Of a stretch of DNA of 64,000 nucleotides, positions 27,380-36,574 are shown one piece after another. This DNA is from a virus (lineage: Duplodnaviria; Caudoviricetes), in IMG/VR virus record IMGVR_UViG_3300028886_000037, positions 183,924-247,923 of that record; one strand, given 5' to 3'. Positions within the stretch are counted from its first letter, which is position 1; every line of letters starts with the position of its first letter. The notes under the pieces were generated by a model. The model was not told the DNA's origin, did no database searches, and was given only the letters and a program-made list of their open reading frames with translations. Both the position numbers and the translations under genes were made by a program.

Positions 27380-27701
27380 CGGATTTGTCCTTTTGTTCAT
27401 TGTTAGTGTCAAGTACAGTAGCGTTCAATTTAGTCGGATCGTACTGGAAGCTGAGATTCTCTTTGAACGGATCAGACGGATCTATCCTTGGAATCTCACA
27501 GCCATAGAGAGCTACGACGCCAGGCCAGTTCTGATATGGCTTCTTTTTAGGAGACGGAATGACGATCTTCTCGCCGTCATGTCCCTCAAGTTCCACCTTC
27601 AGATCGTCTAGCTTCTTTCCGATTAGCCCTCGTGCGATGAGCTCTTCATACTCATCCACGGTGCAGTCGATTGTAGTCAGATCAGGAAGCGTTACTTTCA
27701 T
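27330..27701 (-). CDS. hypothetical protein (VVALYGC motif)
   Basis: ORF. Confidence 0.7.
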   Translation of the reverse strand: MKVTLPDLTTIDCTVDEYEELIARGLIGKKLDDLKVELEGHDGEKIVIPSPKKKPYQNWPGVVALYGCEIPRIDPSDPFKENLSFQYDPTKLNATVLDTNNEQKDKSDDKNRKQDRQNPRNSH

Positions 27702-28098
27702 TCTTGCTTCTCTCCTCGAGATCTTCGATATGCTTCATGACCTTTTCTGGAACTCCATTCGGCCAATTAGTCTTAGCCAGTTGACGGGCTTCATCGAAAC
27801 GGCCCATAGCAGCTAGCTTTGCGACATCAAGCTGCTTCTTAGCCTCTTCGGACTTCTTTTTCTCACGCATAAGCTTGATGATGTAGAAGAGCGCAATTCC
27901 CGAGATTACCAGGACTATGATTGCGGTCCACCAGATAGCGATGCAGAAGCAAGACCAGTGCCACGGCCATGCGATTACAGGCCATTCAGCGAAGGCGCCA
28001 AAGCCCGCGAAGTGGAAGACAGTAGCGAGAATAGTCCAAAGGCCTACGAGGCCAATGCCAGTTGTGGGGCTACCAGATTTTGTGTTGTTCGTTGACAT
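27682..28098 (-). CDS. membrane protein (2 TM)
   Basis: GIGLVGL..IAWPW motif; SD AAGGAG. Confidence 0.7.
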   Translation of the reverse strand: MSTNNTKSGSPTTGIGLVGLWTILATVFHFAGFGAFAEWPVIAWPWHWSCFCIAIWWTAIIVLVISGIALFYIIKLMREKKKSEEAKKQLDVAKLAAMGRFDEARQLAKTNWPNGVPEKVMKHIEDLEERSKNESNAS

Positions 28099-28798
28099 GT
28101 AGTGTATCTCCTTTCCATTCAGGAATTCCGTGCCAGTGATCAAGGCACACATTCTTATAGTTGTCTAAATTTATTTTTCTTTCAGGCCACTTCAGTTCAG
28201 GTACAATGCCTTCACGAACTTGCTGTGCGTAGTTTTCCTGATCATAGCAGAAATAGTCTTCAGGAATGAGCAGATCGTGAGTGTGGCCGTAGAGGTTCAC
28301 GAAGTGAGATCCAGGTTCGATCCATACCGGTTCATGAGAGAGGATCCACTTGTCTTCCAAGATGACTGGAGTGTCATAGACCTCATCGAATCCTCTAGAC
28401 TTATAGTAGTCTATTCGAGACTTGCTATAGTTGGGGATATTCCATGCGCGTTTCCCGTTATCGTGATTTCCGAGAACTAAGAACAGTCGTCTGTTGTCGT
28501 TTCCATTCCTGATTCTATATACGAAGTCTTCTATTTCTCTTTTCAGTTCGTCGCTGTCAAAATCAGAATGTCTGCCTCCAGCGAACCAAAAGTCGCCCAA
28601 GTGCCAGATGTCGCAGTTATCAGGAAGTCTTTCAAACAACTGGAGAATATCTTCATTCATGCGCTTCACTTCGGGAATGTTAGCTGGATTCTTGTTTCCG
28701 CCCTCGACGTGATACGGCCTTCCGCAGTACTTGATGATGTTAGAGTGGCCGAAGTGAGTGTCGGACGTGATGAAAGTTTGTCTAGTTCTCTTTAGCAT
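28070..28798 (-). CDS. calcineurin-like metallophosphoesterase
   Basis: SDTHFGH, HLGDF, GNHD, SHEP, GHTH. Confidence 0.9.
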   Translation of the reverse strand: MLKRTRQTFITSDTHFGHSNIIKYCGRPYHVEGGNKNPANIPEVKRMNEDILQLFERLPDNCDIWHLGDFWFAGGRHSDFDSDELKREIEDFVYRIRNGNDNRRLFLVLGNHDNGKRAWNIPNYSKSRIDYYKSRGFDEVYDTPVILEDKWILSHEPVWIEPGSHFVNLYGHTHDLLIPEDYFCYDQENYAQQVREGIVPELKWPERKINLDNYKNVCLDHWHGIPEWKGDTLHVNEQHKIW

Positions 28799-28821
28799 AG
28801 TTCTTGGTCCTTGTTTAGTTA

Positions 28822-28850
28822 ATTATATTAATTTTGTGCAGTTTTGTAAA
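28822..28850 (-). promoter_or_regulatory. early promoter TTTACA-17-TATAAT
   Basis: Consensus match. Confidence 0.85.
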
Positions 28851-28867
28851 CTATGTAAAGAAAAGAT

Positions 28868-29191
28868 TTACAAACTGAACTCCATAGGAACTGCAGAGCT
28901 AGAGTGTCGCTCACTCATGTCACGCTCGACCAGCAGTCCCAGTTTGCCCAGATACTGCTCTAGTTCTTTGAAGCTGCATTCGAACATAGTGTGTCCATCG
29001 AACGCATTCGTAAGCTTCGCCGTGTTGGTCTTGATGTCGTAAGACAGTTCGTATTGCTCAAGCCCATGATCGATTTTCGTCAGATACATGTCGGAAGATC
29101 TAAAGCCCTTCAAACGGCCCTCTAGACGCTTGAACTTCCAAAGTATAAAAGAATCTAGTGTCATGATTTTTCCGAGATCATCTTTTTCCAC
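28868..29191 (-). CDS. hypothetical protein
   Basis: ORF (start may be 29164). Confidence 0.6.
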   Translation of the reverse strand: MEKDDLGKIMTLDSFILWKFKRLEGRLKGFRSSDMYLTKIDHGLEQYELSYDIKTNTAKLTNAFDGHTMFECSFKELEQYLGKLGLLVERDMSERHSSSAVPMEFSL

Positions 29192-29451
29192 TTCGATACA
29201 CGGAAGGTGATGTCAGTGGGAAGATACTGTAAGTTAGTTGTGTTCAAAGTTGTCATGGCGTCCCATTCATCCACCACGAAGATCTTAGAATTTCCGAAGA
29301 TGTAAGAGAACGTCAGAATGTGACCGCTGTCTACTACCTTCAGCGTAAGAGACTTGTTGCTCTCGTTGACGATCAGGTCATACTTGTAGTCGTTGCTCAT
29401 GCGGATGAAGAGTCCCTTCATCACTTCATACTCTTCTCTTGCTCTATCCAT
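29161..29451 (-). CDS. hypothetical protein
   Basis: SD GGAGG. Confidence 0.65.
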   Translation of the reverse strand: MDRAREEYEVMKGLFIRMSNDYKYDLIVNESNKSLTLKVVDSGHILTFSYIFGNSKIFVVDEWDAMTTLNTTNLQYLPTDITFRVSKWKKMISEKS

Positions 29452-29560
29452 TCGTTCCTCCAATTGCGATGATGAACATTTTCAAGCCGATCAGGAATAT
29501 AGCCATAGATCCTAGACAAATGAAGAACCAGACCACGACATCTATCGGGTCTGCGTCCAT
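29444..29560 (-). CDS. small 1-TM peptide (38 aa)
   Basis: Manual translation MDADPIDVVVWFFICLG... Confidence 0.5.
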   Translation of the reverse strand: MDADPIDVVVWFFICLGSMAIFLIGLKMFIIAIGGTNG

Positions 29561-29612
29561 GATTTTTATTAGAAACTCGAAAATTCTTTTCATCTACTAA
29601 AATATATGAAAA

Positions 29613-30065
29613 TTACACGTAGTTGATTCTTCTCATCTCTTCAGTCTCCGGACAAGCGCCGCTGTGGAAGAACTGGATTCCTTCTAGCTTTCGACACATC
29701 TTCGAGAGAAGCTTGAACAGCTCAGAGTTCTTGTCGTGGTCGATAGCGCGATAGAGTTCGTCAGCCATCTTGTCGAAAGGCTCGGCTACTTCTTTCTTGT
29801 AGAGCTTGTTTATTCGATCCTTCTCTTCCCGAACGGACTTGTAGTCTTCGTTAGCTAGAGCACGGCTGATCCAAGGCGCTTCGAGTGCTTGATCGAAGTC
29901 GATGACTCGATCATACATCTTTTCGAGCTTAGCCATGAGCTCAGGAGTCTTCTTCTGAGCCCTGCGGACTTTAGCTCTCCAGCGACGACGTGCGATCTGC
30001 TCTGGAGACTTTACGACTTTCACTTTTTCAGATTCTAGGATCTGTAGAGCCTTCTTGATTTCCAT
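29613..30065 (-). CDS. hypothetical protein
   Basis: ORF, SD GAGG. Confidence 0.75.
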   Translation of the reverse strand: MEIKKALQILESEKVKVVKSPEQIARRRWRAKVRRAQKKTPELMAKLEKMYDRVIDFDQALEAPWISRALANEDYKSVREEKDRINKLYKKEVAEPFDKMADELYRAIDHDKNSELFKLLSKMCRKLEGIQFFHSGACPETEEMRRINYV

Positions 30066-30083
30066 TATTCAATCCTCAAATTG

Positions 30084-30440
30084 TTATTGTTTAAAGTAGT
30101 TGTCTACGATGCCGTCGATGTCCATGCTGTCGTAGCTATTGTACTCGTTCGAAACGATGTCGGCGCGTTCTTCTGAAATGTCGCCGTTTGCGACAGCCTT
30201 AGAGATGCACTTCTCGAATGCCCTGTCGCCAGCCTGATTGATTCCGTCTCTGACACCCTCAAGCACAGCACGGATGACTTCAGATACTGCATTGTTGTAG
30301 CTGTTGTCGAACTCTGTGATCACTTCTGTCGGATCATCGCTGTCATGGAATCTGAATGTGTTGGCAAAATCGATAGAAGCATTTAAGATACGCTTCTTGA
30401 CTTCATCGGTGACGGTAGCCTTTAGCTTTTCGTAGTTCAT
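30084..30440 (-). CDS. hypothetical protein
   Basis: ORF after promoter. Confidence 0.75.
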   Translation of the reverse strand: MNYEKLKATVTDEVKKRILNASIDFANTFRFHDSDDPTEVITEFDNSYNNAVSEVIRAVLEGVRDGINQAGDRAFEKCISKAVANGDISEERADIVSNEYNSYDSMDIDGIVDNYFKQ

Positions 30441-30461
30441 GATTTCCTCTTTGATATTTCA

Positions 30462-30501
30462 AATTTAAGAAAATCCTGAGTATTTCTAAACCCAGGATTT
30501 T
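30462..30501 (-). promoter_or_regulatory. early promoter TTTAGA-17-TAAATT nested in terminator hairpin
   Basis: Stem AAAATCCTG/CAGGATTTT. Confidence 0.7.
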
Positions 30502-30517
30502 AGATTTTTCAGAAAAA

Positions 30518-31207
30518 TTAGATGTGGCGATATACTTCGAAGAATTCTTTGAACGCCTCGGCGACAGCCTTAGATCCGCCAGCGTCAAGCTTCTTGTCGA
30601 AAGCTTCCTTAGCGGGCTCAAGAGTCTTGATAGCCTCTTCTGGTGTGTGCTGGATGCGCTTCTCGATGTAGAGACCAGTGGACTCGTTCAATACCCACTC
30701 ATAGGACTCGTTCACTGCGTTGACGTAAGCGTCCGGACATGAAGGTCCGAGAACTGCGTCAATAGTGATCAAGTGGAAGTTGGACTCCACGATACCAGTG
30801 TCTTCGTTCACGTCGCCAACGCCTCTAGAGGAGACGCCCATTCTCACGTCGACGAGAAGACCAGCGAGCATCTTGCCGTTCGGCATATACTCAAGAACCT
30901 TAGCCTTGCCGATAGCGAAGTCCTCGTCCATGCGTAGAGAGCAGATCTTGATTGCTGCTTCCTTGGAGTTCACCTTCGCATATTCCGGGTGCTCTAGCTC
31001 ACCAAGGCACTCGTTGCTGTTGATCAGCTTGTTCAAGGACGTTACTTCTCGTTCGATCAATTCACGCGGATAAGTTCTACCATTTCTGTTCTTCTTTCCA
31101 GCTCCCATGAAGACGCCCTCGATGTACAGAGACTTAGACTCGTTGTCTCTATTAGAAGTGACGTCGCTGAGATACGCTTCGTTCAAAAGTTTCTTATGTT
31201 CAGCCAT
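30518..31207 (-). CDS. gp21: prohead core protease (T4 gp21)
   Basis: LYIEGVFM, KNRNGRTYP, GELEHP, GVSSRG, D.V..PS.PDAYV. Confidence 0.95.
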   Translation of the reverse strand: MAEHKKLLNEAYLSDVTSNRDNESKSLYIEGVFMGAGKKNRNGRTYPRELIEREVTSLNKLINSNECLGELEHPEYAKVNSKEAAIKICSLRMDEDFAIGKAKVLEYMPNGKMLAGLLVDVRMGVSSRGVGDVNEDTGIVESNFHLITIDAVLGPSCPDAYVNAVNESYEWVLNESTGLYIEKRIQHTPEEAIKTLEPAKEAFDKKLDAGGSKAVAEAFKEFFEVYRHI

Positions 31208-31237
31208 TTTACAGCTCCTTAAACTCTTTGTACCTAT

Positions 31238-31245
31238 TATTTATA
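31238..31245 (-). promoter_or_regulatory. T4-type late promoter TATAAATA
   Basis: Exact motif upstream of gp21. Confidence 0.8.
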
Positions 31246-31254
31246 CAAAGCCGA

Positions 31255-31343
31255 TGTCTCAATACTGTCTAAACACAAGAAAAACGAGACAAAAATGTCT
31301 CGATTCTTGTCTCGATTTTGTCTCTTAAAGCTCGATTTTCTCG
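31255..31343. repeat. clustered TGTCTC(GATT) direct/inverted repeats
   Basis: Copies at 31255, 31266 (partial), 31286 (inverted), 31296, 31308, 31319. Confidence 0.65.
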
Positions 31344-31834
31344 CAAATTACTCCATTTTGAAGCAGATACTCGATGCCTTTTCGATCATCATACTCCTCG
31401 ATGTAGTACACTTCCTTGATCCCAGAAGTGAGAATGAGCTTACAGCAGTTCAGACATGGACTGGTAGTCAGGTACAGCTGTGCTCCGGTGATGTCCGTGT
31501 TGTTCTTCAGTGCGAATCCCAAGCAGTTCATCTCTGCGTGAATCTCGTACTTGTCTGCGAACTCATGATGCTCTTTGCGGTACTCTTCCTCTGTCAAGAA
31601 CCTGGTCTGACGCGTGAGAGCGCTATTCCAAGTGATCTTGCCGTCAGGAGTTCTCTTGTAGATCTTGTTGCACTCAGTGCAGCCCTTAGCGACGCCGTTG
31701 TAGCCAGAGCTGAGAATTCTAGAATCCTTCACCAAGATCGCTGCGACTTGGAGTCTTGAGCATGTCGAGTACTTCTTTAGCGAGTTGAGCACGTCGACAT
31801 AGAAACGGTTGAATTTCTTTGGATTGTTACACAT
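31325..31834 (-). CDS. cd: dCMP deaminase
   Basis: STCSRLQV, GYNG, HAEMN, SPCLNC. Confidence 0.95.
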   Translation of the reverse strand: MCNNPKKFNRFYVDVLNSLKKYSTCSRLQVAAILVKDSRILSSGYNGVAKGCTECNKIYKRTPDGKITWNSALTRQTRFLTEEEYRKEHHEFADKYEIHAEMNCLGFALKNNTDITGAQLYLTTSPCLNCCKLILTSGIKEVYYIEEYDDRKGIEYLLQNGVICEKIEL

Positions 31835-32702
31835 CGATTCTCTCCAGTCTGATGAACGTGTTAGCGTATTCTGGCACCTTGTCGAACTTGTTAGCGAGAC
31901 CAGCAGCCATCAGGAACTCTGACATGTCTCGCATGCTCATGCTGCTGAAACGAAGTTTCTTGAACTCTTCCATGATCTTGAGCTGGACGTGAACTGGAAT
32001 GTAGTCGAAGTCGATGAGCTTCTTGTTGCGCTCGAAGTTCGCTTTCACCTCATCAGTCTGTTCATTCAGCCAGTCTTCGAGACCGTTCTCTACGATGTCA
32101 GCAGCCGTCTTTACGGAGACTCTCGGCTTGATGTGTGGAATGCCGTCACCTTTGTCTCCAACTACGACTTTTTCGAGAAGATAGCGTTCTGGATTCACGA
32201 CGTGAATGAACTGTCGCTTGATCGGATGGTACTGCTTGTAGCCATCGTATTTCAAGAGCTGGTAGAAGTCACGGTCAGTCGATACGCAGATCACCTCGTA
32301 TTTTGGCGTGAGATTCTTGGTCAAGACAGCGACGAGATCGTCTCCCTCTGAACCTTCAACCTTGAGTTGATAGATGTTCGGAATGTATTGACGGAGTTTC
32401 TCACAGAATGCGTCTGCTACTGGATAGAACGTGTCGAAGTCGAGCTTGGCTTTAGCTTTCTCTTCTTTTCTGTGAGCTTTGTAAGCGTCGAAGATCTCGT
32501 ATCTCCAGTTTCTCTTTCCTTCCTGGCAGAGAATCACAGAGTTAGCTTCGGTCTTCTGCACTAGAGTTGCGAGATTTTCTAGAATTTCGCACTTCCAGTT
32601 ATTATATGTCGTGTCGGTCGGATCGTCTCTGTAGCACTTGCAACCAGTACGAATTGCCATGTTGGCCAAATCGACCAATAGGATTCTTTTTCTTTGCTTC
32701 AT
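31827..32702 (-). CDS. rnh: RNase H / 5'-3' exonuclease (T4 rnh-like)
   Basis: LLVD, NWR..F..YK..R, EGDD, STDRDFYQL, GDKGDGIP. Confidence 0.9.
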   Translation of the reverse strand: MKQRKRILLVDLANMAIRTGCKCYRDDPTDTTYNNWKCEILENLATLVQKTEANSVILCQEGKRNWRYEIFDAYKAHRKEEKAKAKLDFDTFYPVADAFCEKLRQYIPNIYQLKVEGSEGDDLVAVLTKNLTPKYEVICVSTDRDFYQLLKYDGYKQYHPIKRQFIHVVNPERYLLEKVVVGDKGDGIPHIKPRVSVKTAADIVENGLEDWLNEQTDEVKANFERNKKLIDFDYIPVHVQLKIMEEFKKLRFSSMSMRDMSEFLMAAGLANKFDKVPEYANTFIRLERIDV

Positions 32703-32795
32703 TGTAAATTAGCGCTTTGTGTTGCGCTCTCCTTATGAACAATTATAGTAAAATTTCGCAAAAACTATTTAGAATGACCAAAAGATTACTAAATT

Positions 32796-34448
32796 TTGAA
32801 CATGAACTTTCAATTCCCTTATGAAAAAATCCGTCCAGAGCAGCAAAAGTTCCTGGACACTGTGGCTGGTACCGACAAGAAGTATATTGTAGCTCAGATG
32901 CCTACGGGCTCTGGAAAGTCGGGTATCGCAATCTATGAATCCCTGTTGGCTAACTCGAGCTACATCGTCGTGACCAACAAAGCTCTGCAGGATCAGTACT
33001 GGAGAGACTTCAAAGACAAGTTCCCTATCCAGATGCTGAAGGGTATGCAGAACTACGACTGCGTAGTGAACGACAATGTCAAGTGCGACAGAGGTCCATG
33101 TCAGGGATCTGACTCTACTTCCATCGGCATCAAGCGTTACTGCAAGATCAACGACATGTGCCCGTACTACAACACGCTAAAGAAAGCGTTCGACTCTAAG
33201 GTCTTCCTCGCTAACACTTCCATCATGAGATCGGCTGTTGCGCCGAAGGGAGAACAGGTCAAGCGAGACGTGATGATAATCGACGAAGCCCATCTTCTCG
33301 AAGATTTCCTAGTCGATGTCGGAACGATCAGCTTCAGCGCCGACAAGATGATCAAGGCTTTCGAAGCCGAGAAGAGATTGACCAGCGAAGATCTCCACTA
33401 CATCAAGCACTGTGACTTCGAGTCCTCCTCTAAGCCGACTGCCAAGATGGAGAAATACATCAACATCTGCCAGAACCTCGCACAGAGTATCGCAAAAGAG
33501 CTGATCGAGTACGAGGCCGAACAGCAGAAGAAAGTCGTGGACAGCAAGGTAAAGAAAGCGATGGAAGATGCTGCAGATCCACGCAAGTCTAAGTACAAGC
33601 ACAAGCGTGAGATTCTCGAAACGATCGCAAAGATTGACGCATACAAGGACAGCGACGAGACAGACTCTTGGGTCTACAACTGGGACAAGAAAGAACGCCG
33701 TCTTGACATCGTTCCTGTGAACGTGGACTGGATCTTCAAGAAGTATTTCGATGGCCTCGCAGACAAGATTATCTTCATGTCCGCTACCATTCTGAACCTC
33801 TCTAACTTCGCTAACAGCCTCGGCATCCGTCCAGATCAGTGCTGCTTCGTAGATGTCGAATCCACTTTCGATCCGAGAAAAGCCCCCATCGTCATTCTGG
33901 GAAACTGCAACACCAACTACAAGGATCTGCAAGATGAGTCGAACATGGCGAACATCGTGAAGTCCGTCAAGTACATCATGGATCAGCACAAGGGACAGCG
34001 TGGCATCATCCATACGGGTAACATGAAGATCTCGAAATACATCAAGGAGCATCTCCACGACCCTCGCATTCTGGTGCGCCTTGACGAAGTGAGAAACGAA
34101 GATATTCTGGAAGAGCACTACGTCAGCAAGGACTCAGTTCTCGTGTCGTCTTCGATGACAGAAGGAATTGACCTTCACGACGACCTTTCTACATTCCAGA
34201 TCATCGTCAAGCTTCCGTGGGAATCCCTTGGCAACCTCAGAACCAAGACTCTGTCAGAGGAAGTGCCGCTATGGTACTCGAACAAGATGTGGCAGAAACT
34301 GCTTCAGGCTAGTGGCCGTTCCGTGAGAAGCCACGAAGACTACGCTGAGACTTTCGTCCTCGATGCCTCGTTCAGTTTCCAACACAAAAAATTCTCGAAA
34401 TACCTGCCTGAGTATTTCGAGAAAAGATTGATCGATCCTAACGCTTAG
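32796..34448 (+). CDS. DinG/XPD-family helicase with Cys (FeS-like) cluster
   Basis: PTGSGKS, LKG..NY.C, DEAH, MSAT, EGID, QASGRSVRS. Confidence 0.9.
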   Translation: MNMNFQFPYEKIRPEQQKFLDTVAGTDKKYIVAQMPTGSGKSGIAIYESLLANSSYIVVTNKALQDQYWRDFKDKFPIQMLKGMQNYDCVVNDNVKCDRGPCQGSDSTSIGIKRYCKINDMCPYYNTLKKAFDSKVFLANTSIMRSAVAPKGEQVKRDVMIIDEAHLLEDFLVDVGTISFSADKMIKAFEAEKRLTSEDLHYIKHCDFESSSKPTAKMEKYINICQNLAQSIAKELIEYEAEQQKKVVDSKVKKAMEDAADPRKSKYKHKREILETIAKIDAYKDSDETDSWVYNWDKKERRLDIVPVNVDWIFKKYFDGLADKIIFMSATILNLSNFANSLGIRPDQCCFVDVESTFDPRKAPIVILGNCNTNYKDLQDESNMANIVKSVKYIMDQHKGQRGIIHTGNMKISKYIKEHLHDPRILVRLDEVRNEDILEEHYVSKDSVLVSSSMTEGIDLHDDLSTFQIIVKLPWESLGNLRTKTLSEEVPLWYSNKMWQKLLQASGRSVRSHEDYAETFVLDASFSFQHKKFSKYLPEYFEKRLIDPNA

Positions 34449-35023
34449 ATTACCCAGTCAATGTATGGTATAGGCTGTGAGATGACAGATTCGTCTAGAT
34501 CAGATTCCCAAGGCTCATCTTCAGCTTGTACATACTTGATCTTAGCGTCATCCAGAGTCTTCAGAGCATCAGAGATATTCATCTGCTTTGCGTACTCGGG
34601 ATGCTTAGCGACGTTTCTGCCCTTGAGAACTTCGTACACGTAGTAGCAGTCAGCTACAGTCGAAGGCTGCTTGCTCTTTCTCCAGGATGTATCAAGATAG
34701 TCAGTCTCATCTGAGTTGTCTCTCTTCCAGTCAAGACCCTCTTCTTTGATGACCTGCTTGATCTTCTTAGCGAGCCACTTCTTGACATCGTCATCAGTCA
34801 TCTTGAGGAATCTGTTGTCTAAATAACCTCCGCTATGGTAGTGCTTAGATACGTGTAGAACGACTTCTCCACCCTCGAGCTCAGCGTCGATATATGGCCA
34901 ATAGCCTTCAGCAGCTCTGCTGTTCTCCCACATGCCGTCAGACAGCTGTCCGAAGACTCCGTCTAGGATGTCGCACTCTTTCTGAGTCTTCAAACCAGTC
35001 TTGATAATTCTATACTGATCCAT
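34445..35023 (-). CDS. hypothetical protein (GQLSDGMWENS motif)
   Basis: ORF, SD AAGGAG. Confidence 0.75.
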   Translation of the reverse strand: MDQYRIIKTGLKTQKECDILDGVFGQLSDGMWENSRAAEGYWPYIDAELEGGEVVLHVSKHYHSGGYLDNRFLKMTDDDVKKWLAKKIKQVIKEEGLDWKRDNSDETDYLDTSWRKSKQPSTVADCYYVYEVLKGRNVAKHPEYAKQMNISDALKTLDDAKIKYVQAEDEPWESDLDESVISQPIPYIDWVI

Positions 35024-35025
35024 CT

Positions 35026-35892
35026 TTACTCCTTTACAAACTTCACAACCTGGTCACGGACCGAGTCGTAGTATTTATCCCATACTTCGATGATGTGATT
35101 GATAGTCTTGTCGTCTGTCTTGTCCATCTTTATCTTTGTCGGATGCTCAGGAGAAGCACGGAAGATATTGTTGTAGCCTACGTTCGCTCTCGCCTCGAAG
35201 AAGTTAGCGTTACCAGTCGTAGCGACCCAGTCCTCCAAGATGTACTCGCCCCAACCGAGTGCTGTCTTGTTGCCTCTCGAGGTATTGGGAGTCATCATGC
35301 AGGTAGCGAACGTGAGAATCTTGTACTTCTTGTTGAAGCACATGTTCTTCAAGCCAGACTGTAGACAAGAGACTGGATCGTTAGCCCACATACCACCATC
35401 GCAGTAGGAGATTCCGTCTCGGTCGATCACGTCGAAGTAGCGAGGTGCAGCAGCGCTCGTAAGAACAGCGAACCACTTCTCTACCTTCGGATCACCAAGG
35501 TCCCATACCTTCTCACGAGACTTGCCGTTCATAGCAGTCGTAGGGATGAAGATCGGCTTTTTCCAGTTCATGATGTTGCCATCAAGATTCTTCTTGAGCA
35601 GATCCTTCAGAGTCGAGTTGTCGTAAGTCGGACACTTCGGCTCGATTCTCTTGTACCACGGGTACTTCGTGAAGATCTTCTTCAGGTTGTTCTTGTACAG
35701 ATTGAAGATGTCGTGAGCAGACATGCCCTCTGCTAGGCATGCTGCGATGATAGCGCCTGTTGAAGTTCCTGCGAAAGCGACGCTCTGATCTGTGAGCTTC
35801 TTTCCAAGATCTGATTCCAACCTGCACATGAACTGAAGCGGTCCGATGCCGAGTGCTCCGCCGCCAGAGATTGAGATTGCTAACTTAGCCAT
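35026..35892 (-). CDS. patatin-like phospholipase
   Basis: SGGGALG, GTSTG, SAAAP.YF, DGG; start MAKL. Confidence 0.9.
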   Translation of the reverse strand: MAKLAISISGGGALGIGPLQFMCRLESDLGKKLTDQSVAFAGTSTGAIIAACLAEGMSAHDIFNLYKNNLKKIFTKYPWYKRIEPKCPTYDNSTLKDLLKKNLDGNIMNWKKPIFIPTTAMNGKSREKVWDLGDPKVEKWFAVLTSAAAPRYFDVIDRDGISYCDGGMWANDPVSCLQSGLKNMCFNKKYKILTFATCMMTPNTSRGNKTALGWGEYILEDWVATTGNANFFEARANVGYNNIFRASPEHPTKIKMDKTDDKTINHIIEVWDKYYDSVRDQVVKFVKE

Positions 35893-36028
35893 TGTGTTCG
35901 TCCTCATCAAAAATCGAATCGACTATCCTGAACTGCTTGTCAGACTTCTTGACGCACTTCACTACACAAGCGACGAGAAGTCCCACGTACAAGACTGCTA
36001 TGCCTATGAGAATTCCCAATACGATCAT
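35885..36028 (-). CDS. 47-aa single-TM protein (holin/spanin-like candidate)
   Basis: Manual translation MIVLGILIGIAVLYVGLLVACVVKCVKK...; overlaps both neighbours. Confidence 0.6.
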   Translation of the reverse strand: MIVLGILIGIAVLYVGLLVACVVKCVKKSDKQFRIVDSIFDEDEHNG

Positions 36029-36558
36029 TTCAGCTCCTTGTAAGTCTTGCCGTTGTCCAAGCTCATCAAGAACTTGTTTCTCTTTACAGTGATGCCCTTC
36101 TTGAAGATCAGTTCAGGATCGTTGCCCAGATGGATCCACTCAGCGCCAGTAGCCGGGTTCTTCTCGTAGATTACCTGACCGAAGTTCACATCGTAGCTCA
36201 AGACGAGCTGCTTGATGTAGAGTGCAATCTGCTTAGTAGTCATCGAGCAGTTGTAGACCTGAATGTCTGCTGCACCCAGCGTAGGAGTCCCTTCGACCTG
36301 ATACCCGCAGAAGTGGTCAGAAGTCTTGCTCGGATTGTAGCCCTTCTTTACGAGACGATCATAGTCAGCTTTAGTTCTGACGCCTGACGTGATCAGGACA
36401 TAGACGGGCTTCATTCCCTCTTTGAACTCCTGAAGTCGATTTCTGACGATCTGTAGCTCACCCGCGAGAATCCTCAACAGATCAACCTGGTAGCTCGTCA
36501 ATTCACCCTTAGAAAACTCAGAAAGCTTAAAGTTATCGCTCAGTTTCTCATCTTTCAT
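36025..36558 (-). CDS. peptidase M15-family protein (candidate endolysin)
   Basis: LSDNFKLSEF, ITSGVR, SKTSDH, GAADI, WIHL; ATG 5 nt after late promoter. Confidence 0.8.
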   Translation of the reverse strand: MKDEKLSDNFKLSEFSKGELTSYQVDLLRILAGELQIVRNRLQEFKEGMKPVYVLITSGVRTKADYDRLVKKGYNPSKTSDHFCGYQVEGTPTLGAADIQVYNCSMTTKQIALYIKQLVLSYDVNFGQVIYEKNPATGAEWIHLGNDPELIFKKGITVKRNKFLMSLDNGKTYKELK

Positions 36559-36563
36559 ATTGA

Positions 36564-36571
36564 TATTTATA
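36564..36571 (-). promoter_or_regulatory. late promoter TATAAATA (leaderless transcript)
   Basis: Exact motif. Confidence 0.75.
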
Positions 36572-36574
36572 CAC

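Noticed and set aside
29613-30065. Capsid-targeting-like motif (ALQILESE; similar ALKTLDD in 34445 and AAMILDK in 55648)
   Set aside because: Similarity is too short and generic to support by eye.
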